Counted from the first letter of the whole stretch, positions 37,888-50,746 are shown. The stretch: DNA of 59,404 nucleotides, filler included, from Circinaria calcarea (GCA_051942165.1; 11 parts of 11 records of this genome joined end to end with filler, not necessarily neighbours in it); one strand, 5' to 3'. Notes: a model not told the origin generated them from the letters alone. Numbers and translations are program-made.

Positions 37888-38644
37888 AAGACTTCCCTAC
37901 CCTCGCCCACATCCACCTGCTCGCCCACGGCGTCGACCTGCTCGACCGCCTCATGTTCGAAACCAGCCCCTTCGATACCACCTTGCAGACCCAATTCGCC
38001 ATGGCGGAGCTCCGCCGCGCGGCCTCGAACCCCCGCTCGCACACCTCTAAAGCCGTCCTCCAGGGCACGGGTGAGATCGTCGGCTACGGCCGCTTTCGAT
38101 TCGATGACGGCAAGGACGAGTCCGGTCCCTCGATGGGCAGTTTTCCGCCAGGGACGAATGTGACGTTTGTGAGGAGGTTGGCCGAGGGGTTTGGAGAGAG
38201 GCATAGGAGGCATATGGGTGGGAAACCGCATGCTTGTTAGTCTTCCATTCTTCCCCCCTCATCTCTCCGCCCCTTCTCACCTCATCCCCCATCGAACAAG
38301 CCCCTCCCTAACCTCCCAAAACAGACTGGTCAACCCTAATGGTGCACCCCGCCCACCAACGCCGCGGCATCGGCTCCGCCCTGCTCCAGCACGGCTTTCA
38401 CACCCTCGGCGCGGACGCTGTCCCTATCTGGCTCATCACGCAGATGCGCGGGCGGAACCTGTATGCTAAGTTTGGCTTCGAGGACGTGGACGTGCTAGAT
38501 GTGGATTTTGCAGAGTACATGGGGCCGTATCGTGGTTACGGCGTGCATCGGAATGTTTGCATGGTCAGGCAGCCTGGAGGAGGGGCGGGGGTGGAGGGAA
38601 TAGGAGAAGGGAACAAAGTTGGTAGAAATGGAGCGTTGGGGTAA
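37888..38644 (+). CDS. GNAT-family N-acetyltransferase (5' truncated)
   Basis: GEIVGYGRF..KPHA|YWSTLMVHPAHQRRGIGSALL (motif A)..GRNLYAKFGF. Intron 38236-38324. Confidence 0.9.
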
Positions 38645-39178
38645 AGGAAAGAAGGGTAGTGGGGAGTGGAGAGGGGAGGCGAGTCAATGGAAGCCCCTTC
38701 CTGGTCTCATTCATTACTTTTGGGCTTGCTAGTCTCATCCATCCTGCACTTCGATTCGTTGTCGACTTTCTTGGCAATAAGATTGGGCTATGAAATAGGG
38801 TAGTCTATACTCCGGTATTATAGTCATGAGACCGATTGCCCTGCCAAGAGAAAAGGGCGTCCAAACCGTGACGGAGATTCGATCTTCGGGTAACTTTGGG
38901 AAATTATTGGAATATGGGCCTAGGTAACACGAAGTCCATCCTCACCTGCACGTATCATGAATTGAAGATCGTTCCCCCAGTGCGCTTTACTTCAAAAGTT
39001 GTATTTGGCACAGGCGGGTTATCTCTACAGATGAGATCCTTGCAATACAAGCTTCGCTCAAACGAATTTTCCCAACTGCCACACAATCCCATGGTATCAA
39101 TAATTTGTACGCCCCGTCTCGAAATTACAGCAGATGGAATTTTCTTTTTTCCTTTTAAAAGAAGGGAAAAAGACCGGG

Positions 39179-41298
39179 CTATCTAACAGTCCGATACTTC
39201 CCCCGCCTCTGCTCTTCCATCAGACTCTCCTGCTGACTCGGCAACGGCACCCTCCGTCTCACACCCCCTCCACCCGCATTCTCCGACCCCAGACCCGGTA
39301 AACTCGGAAGCCCCTGTCCCTCGATATTCTGCAGCAGCAGCTGTTGCTGCTGCGGGACAGAAGGAGGAGGTGGAGGAGGAGGAGGAGGAGGAAACTGCAG
39401 CGGCAGCGGGAATCCCGGCGGGAACATGCCGGGCGGGATTTTGGAAAAGTCAAAGTTGGGCGGGAGCGGAGGAGGCGGGGGTAAGCCCCCCGGGCCGTTG
39501 GCACTGATTGGTGGGGGTATCATGATTTTTCCCTCGGCCATCATCGCAGCAAAGGTATTGGGATCCATGCCGGCGATACCGTTGGCGGATGGGAGTCTGC
39601 CGGGCACGAAGTCACCGACGCTTGGTATGATGGGCTGAGCGCCGCCAACGCTGGTGCCGTCTTTGGCGGGCATAGAAGGCATGGCGAGACCTGGGATGCC
39701 GGGGAGGATAGGCTGCTTGGCTGGCATTTTCTGGTCGACTAGCCCTTCGGCCTCATCGTCAATCTCTTGCTCTTCTTCTTCGCGCATCATGCGTCGGCCG
39801 CCTCGCCGATCCCAGGTGCCATGGGCTTCGGCAGTAGCTTCGCCGACGTGGTAGCGATCGCTGAAGCAATCGGTTTCTCCGGGTCGAGCACGCGTCCAGA
39901 ACCGGGTGACTCTGTCGTTGGAGCCTGAGGCGAGGATATGGCCTAGGGGGTGCCAGTCGAGAGACCAGACTGCGAAATCATGGGCATATTGCAACCGGTG
40001 CGCAGGGTAGATGGTTTGGGCAGGAGCGTTACTGGGATCTGTGCTATCGTAGGGTGGTATCGATGGAGCGGTTCCGGCCGGGGCATTGGGCTCATCTAAA
40101 AGGTAGTGAAAGATACTTCCATCTGCACCTCCAGTGGTCAACAGTGAAACGTGAAAGGGATGCCATGTCAAGGTGGAGATGTCTTTTTCGTGGCCACGTA
40201 AGAGGCAGATGTCTCGCATCATGCGTAAATCAAAGACTCTCGCTGTCTGGTCTCGAGCAGAAGTGGCCAGTAACTGGCCTCTTGTTGGCTCGAACGCGGT
40301 CTTGGAGATAGTATTCTTGTGGCCATGGAGTGTCGTAAGACATCTCCCGGTCCTTGGATCCCAAAGCTTGACTTGATGATCTTTCGAGCCGGACACAAGT
40401 AGACCTTTGGTAGGATGCCAATCCACGGTTTTCGCATCCCAGTTATGCCCAGTCAGAGTAGATTCCTCAAGGCCTCTAGCAAAATCGAAGATTTTCAATG
40501 TAGCGTCATCACAGGCAGTAACGAATTTGGAATCATTGGGTGAGAATGAAAGATCTCGAATTGGATCGGTATGAGCTTGTATTGCTTTGACATTATTGAA
40601 ATTAGGTTGCCAATATTTCACCACCCCGTCTTGGTCCGCCGAGACAAGCCAATCTTCGCTGTGTGAATATTCAGCTGCTCTAATAGCTGTATCATGTGCC
40701 TTGCCTTCTCTATTAGATTTTCCAGGACACTCCAAGGTTACGTTCACTGACCTGCATTATAGTCTCGAAGTTAAAGGCCATCCCATTCCATAGTGTAAAC
40801 TCCCCGCTGCTGGAACCTGTCAGCAACCGGCGACCCTCCGGTGTCCATCGTACTATGTTGACAGGGTGCTTGATCTTGTTCAGAGATGAGTGTAGGTGCT
40901 TTGTGGGCACGGTATCGGCAGGATTTTGGAGCTTCGCAGCCGGGGGCAGCATCTAGCAGTCACAACTTGAATCAGACTCTAGATAGGTATACAGAATATG
41001 TTTCAACTTCTCCAGCTACATACGTCAACTATATAGCTGGCACTTGGTCTTTCTTCCTCCAGCGCATAGCCTCCCTTGTATCGTGGCCTACGATTCCGCA
41101 TCCATTGCGCCATGGAGGATCCATAATCTGTCACAGGCCCTGGGATAAGTCAATACCGTAGATCATTGCCTTGGGGCTCCTTCTTAAAGAATTCGTCGTT
41201 CTATCTGGCGGGGATGACCTACGACGTCCAGCCGCTCTTCGGAAACCCCCTTCGTAGGCTCCTCCCCCTCCGTAACCACCTTGGTACTCTCGATCCAT
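39179..41298 (-). CDS. PFS2: Polyadenylation factor subunit 2 (WD40; WDR33 orthologue)
   Basis: [50 protein letters not shown] repeats, [19 protein letters not shown], Pro-rich tail. Three introns. Confidence 0.95.
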
Positions 41299-41791
41299 GA
41301 CCGATTACCAGCGATGAAGCTGTCAGGTGTACATCTCGAGTCCACTGCCTGCGTTCTCCTCTCCTCGCTCTAGCCAGATCTTGCTCGGTAGAAAATGAAG
41401 TTTTGGTGTAGTGTGAAGCGGTCCAGACGCGACGGGTAGACAGACACGCGAGGTAAGCGCGGGGCCCTTTCCTAAAGTTTTTGGTTGCCCGCTAGATGGA
41501 GATTAAATCCCAACAATCAAGCATCAATCCCCAAGACATGAAAAACCCCAGGTTCGGCCAGTGATCACCGCTTTCTTCATCCCAAATGCATTACTGCTAC
41601 GAATCAGCCTCTCGATTCGGGTGATTCTACCATGTTTTCTTAATCAATTTCGATTGCTGTGTCTCAGCCTTGCTGCATTTCATTCTTGAGCTTCCTCAAT
41701 TTGACTTTCTCAAGCACTGCAGAGGGGATCTTAAGGCCAACTCGATCACTGAAATTTCCAAGCATCTCAAGCCGAGGAGGAGGCCACTCAA

Positions 41792-43195
41792 ATGAACGTC
41801 AAGTCCTGCTCGAATGGTATGCAATCGATGGATGGCGCCGGCCAAATCTCAGTACCTATAGAGAAAGCCAAAGCCACATTGCAAAAGTATCGTCATGTTG
41901 CAGCTGTTCACAGTAGGCCTCGGACATCCTGTCTAAGCCATGATTCAGATGCAGCTCCGAGCTTTCTTGGCTTCCGGAACCTGATGGTCATTGTACTAAG
42001 TGGGTTTACCTTTAAGCGGAGCTTTGTTGCGGATACACATTCATTAGGTGAAATGTGACTACCGCTAACAACGAAAATAATCAGTTGTAATGAACTTGCG
42101 ACTGGTAATGGAAAATTTTATGAAGGTACGGTCCAATACTAGTTGCTGATGGATTGCACTTACGAGGACGGCAGTACGGCGTCTTGATTTGTATTCGTTG
42201 TCATGATTATCGGCGCCACGATCTCCTTCTAGGTGCCATACTCTACGCTCTTGTACCCTGCCATTTGTTTGTGGCCTATATAATTGAGCTCGCCGCGGCT
42301 CAACACACTAAGGGTGCTATGGGGCGCCAGAAAAGGAGTGACAACGAATCCTCACCTTCCAAAGAAGAAACACACAAGTCGGTTCACGATGGCACATGGC
42401 GGAATATTGCACTTGCGCATGGTCTCAATGCCACCCTCTGCCTCCTTGTCACTACCGTGACGGTGTATTACCATATCCATCATCCCCTAATCGGCACGGC
42501 TTGCCAGCTACACGCTGTCATTGTTTGGCTGAAAAACTCGTCGTACGCTTTTACGAACCGAGATCTGCGACATGCCTTGCTACACCCCAGCTCGGCAGCT
42601 TCCTTACCCGAAATCTATTCGGTATGTCCATATCCTAGAAACATTACTCTCGGCAACCTGTGCTACTTCTGGTGGGCGCCAACACTCGTATATCAACCAG
42701 TGTATCCTCGTTCTCAAGGAATCCGTTGGGTTTTCATTGTTAAACGGCTTGCGGAGGTAGCCGGACTCAGCGTTTTTATCTGGCTTGCGTCGGCTCAGTA
42801 TGCCGCACCGGTTTTGCGTAATTCACTCAGTAAGGTGGCCTCCCTAGACATTGCGTCAATTGTGGAACGTCTCATGAAGTTATCAACGATCTCGCTGATC
42901 ATATGGCTTGCTGGTTTCTTCGCCGTGTTTCAATCACTACTCAACGCCTTGGCTGAAGTCATGCAGTTTGGGGATCGAGAGTTTTATACGGACTGGTGGA
43001 ACAGCCCAAGCGTTGGGGTATACTGGCGTACGTGGAACAAACCTGTGTATCACTTCATGAGGAGGCACATCTATTCCCCTCTGGTGGGTCGAGGGTGGAC
43101 ACCTTATAAAGCGAGTACCATGGTTTTCATATTTTCGGGTTTACTGCACGAATTACTAGTAGGAATTCCAACGCACAATATACTAGGTACGTCCT
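41792..43195 (+). CDS. Diacylglycerol O-acyltransferase, DGAT1/MBOAT family (3' truncated)
   Basis: KYRHVAAVHS..PSFLGFRNL, APTLVYQPVYP, FGDREFYTDWWN, WNKPV, LHELLVGIPTH. Introns 42000-42084 and 42126-42174. Confidence 0.93.
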
Positions 43196-43295
43196 NNNNN
43201 NNNNNNNNNNNNNNNNNNNNNNNNNNNNNNNNNNNNNNNTTAATTAATTAANNNNNNNNNNNNNNNNNNNNNNNNNNNNNNNNNNNNNNNNNNNN

Positions 43296-43425
43296 GCAGA
43301 GCAGGGGTGAGGGGGAGAGTGTGGAAGAGGGCTTTGAGAAGTGGGGCCGGATCGAGTATCCGCGGTTCAGGTTCGGGGGGAAGGAGGGGCAGAGTGTTTC
43401 AAGCGTGGCGTTTAGGAGGAGGTGA
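43296..43425 (+). CDS. 3' end of an unidentified gene
   Basis: GC-rich open frame from the contig start: ...VEEGFEKWGRIEYPRFRFGGKEGQSVSSVAFRRR*. Confidence 0.4.
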
Positions 43426-45249
43426 CCCCGAGGGAAGACAGGAGATTTGGTTGGTATAGTAAGTGGAAAGTATAAAGGGTTTCAGAGGGTAGGTAAGAGA
43501 AGAGACCCTTGTATTTCAGGTGCTTAGAATCTATCAAGCACAAAGATTCACTGCTTGCCAACACCTTTTCGTGTCCGTTATGTAGAATGTTAACGCAATA
43601 TCAGCTATTACCGGCCGCTTCTCTATGCCTGCGGCGACCCGTAACTCGACCTCAACAGATCCCGCTACGCCTGATTATCCACGCAGCCATTCACTTGCAT
43701 GCCCTTATCATTTGCCCTCTCATCGGCTCAGACTCCGTTCTTGAAATCTCCAGCCTTGGCATTCAGTTGTTGGGCCTCTCCAGCAACCGACTGGCGTTCC
43801 CACCGGGGTCCGGCCTGACTGATTGTATTGCTGTCTTGAGGCGCACTGTCGGCAGACGTCGCGCTACCAGAACTGCCGTCTTGCGAATCACTTTTGAGAC
43901 GACGTCTCATCTGTCGAAGCATTGATAGCGTTGTTGTGGTTTCTGACTGTCAAGGTATCTTGGGTCAAAATTCAGCTTGGACTCTCTCTGATTATGGGTT
44001 TCTGTAGAAACAGCCGTACTTTCAGTAATAGAAAGACCGTTTCCCTGTGTAGGAGTCTGCTCTACCATAGGCGTCTTGGATCCTTCAAACATTTTCAGTT
44101 TGATTTAATGATGCGTGTAGGCGGTCAATTCCACAAACTTTTCAAGTTTTGTAAGCTCGGCCAAAGATAGGGGTCGGATAGCAATGATCTCTCGTGATAG
44201 CACTGGATCTTCAAGAAGGTCATGGTGCGAGGAGGGGCTTCGATACATGGATTAGCGAACGTGACACAAAAAGAGCCGTATCTCTTCGCCCGTTGCTTGG
44301 ATAGCTACTCCGTACGTCAGGCGAAGATGAACGAGGCATCGGCTTATACAGCTGCAGGTTCTCTGAGCTATTCCATCTTGTGCCAGCGTCAAATGAGAGA
44401 CCTTACCACTGATGTATATTTCCATAATTTCACCACTTTCACTATGTCAAGCTATGGCATCACTATGAGGCATCGATGAATAAGTAAGAGAATGACTTCT
44501 ACTACAACTATGTGTGTATGGTCTGCTATGCTGCGTGTGCAATGCAGCAGGAGAATCTATCTATATGTGCGTTGTGGGCGCTCGGAATAACATGCGCCCG
44601 AGGAGCTAACCTAAAAGGTTTGACACACTACCATTCTTGATTTCCCCCACTTGGTCCCGACAATGATACCACAGTAGGTAGAGTACTATGGAGCTGAAGA
44701 TTGACTCTGGTAGTGAGGGTGAGACGACGATGTAAGCTCAGCTATGGTGTATTTACGTCTTATTTTATAGGCGTCTCCGGACAATATGCATTGACCAAAA
44801 TGTCGTATTGTCCGCAACTTTTGCGTATGGAGCGGACATTAGACCAGGGCAATTTAAGCCTCAACTGCCAAGCCCACGGAGCAGGCCTATAGGCTGCGGG
44901 CGATTTACTTCCTATCTACACACTTTATAAATAGCTTCAACACACTTTTATGTCCAGACGGAGCCCCAGTCTTAGAGATTCTTTGGAAACCCGCTTATGG
45001 ACTTTGACAATTGAGCCTCACAGATAGGGGAATTAAAGCGATCACCGCCTTCCACAACAGGCTATCTCCCTACCAAAATGTTCCATCTTACTCGGATGAG
45101 GGTCACGTACAAACGCAGTTTGGCCATCTTAAGCTATATTCGTGTAATGTACAATGATACAAAAGCACAGAGACCTAGAAATAATTTGTTCTAACATAAA
45201 ATCTGGGCAATGTGAGTCATTATTCAGGTATTTTGCTGAAGCAGATAGG

Positions 45250-45467
45250 TCGATCGCGGCGTGCTAAGCGTCCTTCTTCTGGAACAGTACTCGGAGCGGG
45301 ATCGGGAGCTGGACATCGATGCCTATGACGACGCCGGATGGACGCCACTGCACATGGCAGTCGAGGGGGGCTTCGAGTCGGGCGTTCTCATGCTGCTGCA
45401 ACGCGGGGCAAATCTGCACTCCAAGGCGCGCAAGTGTCAGTATACGGGCAAGGTGATTGCGCATTAA
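45250..45467 (+). pseudogene. Orphan ankyrin-repeat C-terminal fragment
   Basis: DIDAYDDAGWTPLHMAVEGGFESGVLMLLQRGANLH is a canonical ankyrin repeat. It is a GC-rich island with no recognisable upstream exons. Confidence 0.65.
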
Positions 45468-46459
45468 CGGACTTGAGCGTCATGGGCAAGGCTACGCAAC
45501 ATCGGCTTGCAAGGTTCAGGATGCGCCAGATATGGCGCATCTTCCAAGGCTATCACCTAGCACACGGCTATGTGTGGAGTGGAGTGGAATTCATAAGTGG
45601 ATGCACCCTCAAGGAGGGCATGCCGTGTCTATTTACTGGCGGGGGTTTCCGAAGGTCCCCCGCAAAGCTTGATGCCTGAGGCTAGGCTGGCAACGGGTAA
45701 CACTAGCAGGTATTTGGGTGTTAGGTTAATCTAATGTGATTTAGGCTTGGAATAATGGAAATCCGAGAGCTAAGCCTAATTAGTCAATATCAAAACTCTA
45801 AGTTTATGATACTGTAGAATTTCATGCTATTCCCCCCTTATAATTCAATAAACATGCCACGCCCTTCCGTGCTTTTGAGGTGCCATTTGCGGCAGAAACG
45901 GCTTCGTGAGTTTGGTCTTTTTCTTATGTTATATACTGTCAAATACCTACGACTCTGCCGCGCTTATGGTTATGCCCCCCGGATGCGCTATTTACCGCTG
46001 CGAGCTGTTATAGGGGCAAAAGGGCGGCGTGGACCGGGGCCTATTGCTGCTGAGAGGGGGGTGGAAATCACGGGGCGCCTGTCGGGTGGAAGCTGGCTGC
46101 TGGGGGGACGCTGCTGCTCCCACTGATCTATCAGCCCGTTCATTCAAGGGTTGACACCGAAAAGAATACGTGTTGGCGTTGGATTTTGGACATTTGCGGG
46201 TGTGTTTTTGTTCACGCCTGGCATTTTACGGTTTTTAGACATTTTACTACTGAATTTAGGCGTGTTCACGTCTTTACTCTGTGTGTATAGAGTCTACTTT
46301 TATATTTGATCGATTAATTCTAGCAATTTCTAGTGGAATAACTTGACGTTGAATCTTGGTGGCAAATATGACTTCGTAAGATGATCGATTGCCTGTTTAA
46401 GCAAATATGGTGTTGTATAGCTCCACTGTAGGTCCACATCGGAGCTATGTACTACCAGT

Positions 46460-46743
46460 TGGGGGGTTTAGGTTTTTTTTGTTATGCTCGGAGGATGTTA
46501 GGTAGGCCCGGAATAACAGTGCTCCCAGCTAATCAATACTCGTCTGCTAGGCCACCTCCGCTTGGTTTTGCATAGTTCCATTGTACATCTACAACGGAGC
46601 TATATTATGCTAGTGGACCTAGTGTGGCTAATACGAATGCACAGTTTCTGCTAGCTTGCCCCCCGTGCTTTACAGTATCGGGGTATCGGTGCCGTGCTCC
46701 CGAGCATAACAGATTTCTAGCCAAAAAACCCCTAAACCCCCCA
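46460..46743. mobile_element. MITE-like non-autonomous element (284 bp)
   Basis: Inverted ends TGGGGGGTTTAGG / CCTAAACCCCCCA plus a second inverted block GTTATGCTCGG / CCGAGCATAAC. AGT flanks both sides (possible 3-bp TSD). Confidence 0.7.
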
Positions 46744-47339
46744 AGTAAGGATTAAATTTTAGTAATGAATTCCATTGACTTCCATAACTAACATTCTTCT
46801 TACAGAAAACACCAAAACCTCCCAAATATTATCAGAATTGGGTCCAAATCCCATTAGCGCTGCCAGGAAACATTCCCCGCCGAAGCCTTTCGCGAGCACA
46901 ACGGCTTTCACCTTATTCCAGGCCTTCGAGAGGAAAAACGTGACATCGTAACCAAACGGAAAAGAACCTGTTAACCCGATTATGAATCGGACAGCCCCCG
47001 ACCAGGTGCCCCCTGCTGCCCTGCCACCGCAGGTGGACTGAGGGGATCCTTTAGAGAGAACTCAATGGCAGCAATTAAGCCCCGGAAAAGACGGTGCATT
47101 ACAGGGAGGCCTCCACATCTTCAATGGTCTGCACGGTATAAGTGGCATATATATAGTTTATGGACAAAATGCTATATGAGAATACTATAAAAATCCCGGG
47201 ACAATACTGCGTATATACTATATGTAGTGGATGTGGAACATGTGTATACCTTAGAAAAGGAATACTCGAGGGATCGCTATGGTAAAAATATAAAACGAAC
47301 GGCGCGATTGATTGAAATCATTTTCCCCACTCCCTTTTC

Positions 47340-47907
47340 CATACACTTACACTTTCTGGCCCAGCCAAGCCTACATACAAGAGAGCGTCACAGCGCCCGG
47401 GGTGCAGGCGTTTCCGGGGCGGAAAGATGTTCCGGTCGAACGTCTACATGATCACTGGGATCAACGTCGCCGTCGGGGCCGCGGTAAGCCAGACCGCCCT
47501 GCGGAGACGCGGTGTTTGTCCATACGGGTGTGGATGGGACCACGGCTGGGATTCCCATTAGTGCCGGACCGCAGGCGGATGCGGAATGGGGGGGACAGCT
47601 GGCGGCATCGTCCCAGGGAGGTTCGGATTACGTGTTTGCGTTTCGCCTGCGAGAGATTTGCTACACGACGAAGCGCGGGGCGGTGGAGCGGGAGTTCACC
47701 AAGGGGGCGCTGTTCGGCTTGGACGACTGGGGGGACCGGGAGAGGCCAGGAGACGCGAAGGGGAAAGAGTTTGCGGCTGCTGATCTGCAGTTTGAGTTGT
47801 TGGGCTTGGCCGAGGAGGATGTGAGGGGAGAGGATGTCGGCGGGGATGGGACGGAGGTGGAGGATGAGGAGGGGGAAAAGTGCGAATGTGTTGCGTTGGA
47901 ACTGTAG
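47340..47907 (+). pseudogene. Fungal gasdermin-like protein relic (C-terminal half, two frameshifts)
   Basis: Across three frames: TFWPSQAYIQESV..., NVYMITGINVAVGA..., GVDGTTAGIPISAGP..GSDYVFAFRLREICY..FTKGALF plus an acidic tail ending CECVALEL*. Family assignment is from motif recall, not a search. Confidence 0.6.
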
Positions 47908-48194
47908 CTTACCAGGTAACCAGGAGATCTAACTAATTAACTTTGGAGTTGTACATTCGGAATGAGGGTTGGAGAAGAGGGCAAGCGGAGATTTTCTGGA
48001 AGTAACAACAGCAGGAAATGGATACACCAAGCGATGAGCGGTCCTTTAAAGGGGTTACATCATTCTATTTACGCTTCTAAAAAGCTTGTACGCTGCTGAT
48101 AGAAACGCCGGAAGGAAGAACGCCATGCCAACCACGAAAACCTAGCCATATCAAGGAGAACACATTCGTTCGTCTTGAGATCTGACTCCAAGAT

Positions 48195-48602
48195 CTAACT
48201 CTTATGGGCACCTACATATGAAACACCACCGGCCTCGACATCGGATTCGCTGGTTGACCTAGCTTGCTTTTCGGACAAAGTCTTGTTCCTTCGCATGGTT
48301 GGCCTGAGATTTTGCATCGGCTTGAAGCAATAGCCAGGATGGAAAACGGTGAGGAAGAGAGTGGCAATGGCACACATTACGCCGTCTAGCACAATAAAGT
48401 CTATCTCATCTCGCATGATAGGGTTGGCCCATCCTCCGGACAGCTCGGGGATTCGGTAGACGGATCGGATGAGGATAGCAACGGTAGCTACCCCTATAGC
48501 GGACACGAAGAACTTGAAGCGCGGGTTGTGCATGATCTCTTGGGCCCCGGGGCTCAGCTTGCTCCGGTTTTGATAGACACGAACAAAGAAGTCGACTGCC
48601 AA
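48195..48602 (-). CDS. RTA1/RSB1-like lipid-translocating membrane protein, 3' end
   Basis: LIRSVYRIPELSGGW..DEIDFIVLDGVM..TVFHPG. Confidence 0.9.
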   Translation of the reverse strand: MAVDFFVRVYQNRSKLSPGAQEIMHNPRFKFFVSAIGVATVAILIRSVYRIPELSGGWANPIMRDEIDFIVLDGVMCAIATLFLTVFHPGYCFKPMQNLRPTMRRNKTLSEKQARSTSESDVEAGGVSYVGAHKS

Positions 48603-48702
48603 NNNNNNNNNNNNNNNNNNNNNNNNNNNNNNNNNNNNNNNNNNNNTTAATTAATTAANNNNNNNNNNNNNNNNNNNNNNNNNNNNNNNNNNNNNNNNNN
48701 NN

Positions 48703-48903
48703 GCCCCCCCCTCCCCCGCCTACAAATTCGTCGTCACGAGCACCATCATCCAGCACACGGCGTCGCCGAGCGAGAGAGGCATGCATTCGGCCTCGGGGGC
48801 GTATTGGGACAGCGAAAAGGACGGGACGTGGAGTTACAAGTACGAGGGTGGGGAGGGAAAGGGCTTCGATGCGGTGGTGAGTGTGATTTGGATTGGGTTG
48901 TGA
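48703..48903 (+). CDS. Dynein light chain Tctex-1 family, 3' end
   Basis: YKFVVTSTIIQH..RGMHSASGAYWDSEKDGTWSYKY..DAVVSVIWIGL*. Not in the ORF track. Confidence 0.9.
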   Translation, partial: APPSPAYKFVVTSTIIQHTASPSERGMHSASGAYWDSEKDGTWSYKYEGGEGKGFDAVVSVIWIGL

Positions 48904-49174
48904 GGGTTTGGAAAGGGAAGGTCAAGGGGGAGGGAGGGCTCGGGAGGTCACGTCTGGGGATATGATGAGGGGAATCAGGCCGTGATGGAAAGCTGACGGG
49001 GTTGGATTCGTGATCTTGGCTGACCGTTCTCTTTCGTTGCAGGGGCTTTTCTTAGCGTGAAGCTTCAGAGGAAAGGTACCAGAAATCGCTCCGTAATCTA
49101 ACATTTTCCAACGTAATATCATGGCTCGTTAGAGGTCTATTGAAATTCATCATCATGGGGCGGATCCGTCTACT

Positions 49175-50320
49175 CTATATGCTGAACCGCATGCCGCCAT
49201 TCGCGCAAATTACACTTCCCGTACACCAGCCACTATCCTCGGTACATAGCATCGCAATCACCCCGGCAATCTCATGGTCATAGGCCGCTCTGCCGCCGGT
49301 CCGCTCCTCGCTTTTTACCACCTCGTCCGCGTCGATGCCTTGCCTTGCCCTCGCCAGTGGCGTGTTTTGTAGAAACGGCTTCATATCCCGCTGGAAGCCT
49401 TCAGAGGTGCTCCCGTACATGGCTGTCTCGACCGGGCCGGGGTTAACCGCGTTGACCGTTGCACGCTCAGCTAGCTCGCGGCTCCACGTTCGGGTCATGG
49501 ATTCCAACGCCGCTTTCGTCCCGCCGTAGACGGTCTGGTCCTTGGAGCCGATGGTCGAGGAAACGGAGGACAGGTTGACTATTCGCCCGGAGCGGTCGTT
49601 GGGAAGGTAGGGGAGGGCGGCTTGCACCAGTAAAGCGGGACCGAGGACGTTGACCGAGTACTGCGTGTGGAAATCACCCGGGTTGATTTCGCCCAGGGGC
49701 GCGTTACTGGCGATGCCGGCGTTGTTGATGATGATGTCGATTTGGAACTTGCCGGTTTTGGGGTGGGCAAAGTTGATTTTGGCGGTGGTGGCAATGTGCT
49801 CGGGGCCGTCGGGGTCGCCCATGTCGGCCTGAACGGTGATGGCGCGGATGTTGTGGGCGGATTGGAGTTCGGATGCTAGGGATGTGGCTCTATCGGCCGA
49901 GGAGTCGGACGTGTAGTTGAGGACGAGGGAGGCGCCTTTGGCGGCTAGATTTCTGGCGACGGCGGCGCCAATACCTGGTGGTGTTTTAGTCAATGGTTTT
50001 AGGCGTGTTTTTCATATCTCCAAAAGCACTATCTCCAATTCAGGAAACTGGGAGGTGTATCTTTAAGCTAACTATGTGCAGCATATAAACATTCGACGGG
50101 GAATTGCGCTCGTTCCACCAATGTGATTGTATTAAAAAGTAGCGCAGTATCAAGCCCGAGGATATCTTCCCAAGACGGATAGACAATGCCCCACGATATA
50201 AAAGCAAGACTCACCTCTGGAACCGCCCGTTATAATAGCTAACTTGCCCTCCAGGGGCCGCACTAGGGTACTTCTAGCCAAATTCGTCGACAGCGCTCGC
50301 TGGTACTCCGGCCGTGCCAT
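49175..50320 (-). CDS. Short-chain dehydrogenase/reductase (FabG-like)
   Basis: Exon 1 LEGKLAIITGGSR|GIG (intron 49975-50214), NNAG, YGGTK catalytic motif, NAVNPGPVET. Confidence 0.93.
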
Positions 50321-50746
50321 GATTGTAGTTTTCTCAGCGTGGTCGTAAGGGTATCGAGTAGTAAATCAGGCGACAAAGAGATCAAGTCCATCTACGCGCC
50401 AGTGGTCAGTATGATGTAGCTGACGCGTGTTTCATGCACATGATATCTATGTGATCATAGGCGTAATTTCTATCATGCAAGGCTCCACCTGGGAAACGGT
50501 TTTCTTCATCCGGTTCCCATTGCTGTCTTTGGTTTTGTCGGACCGTTCTCCTCCGTAGCGTAGTCTTGACCCGCTCGAAATGTAGACCTCATCCATGCTA
50601 GCCGATAACACACTCCAGTAACATAGCATGAGTAGCTGGACATAACAACCGGTATGCTGTCTGAGGCTTTTTCGTTTAGCACGAGGAGTAGGAGGGATTG
50701 ACACTGATGAAGAAATTGGAGCAGCGTTGAATTATTCTTGCCCACC

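Noticed and set aside
43560..44223. Short minus-strand ORFs (MFEGSKTP.., MLRQMRRR..)
   Set aside because: Possibly a decayed gene, but no family motif or consistent splice model.
48105..48122. CCGGAAGGAAG resembling SRP RNA helix 8
   Set aside because: No flanking CAGG/GCAG pairing; it lies just downstream of the RTA1-like gene.
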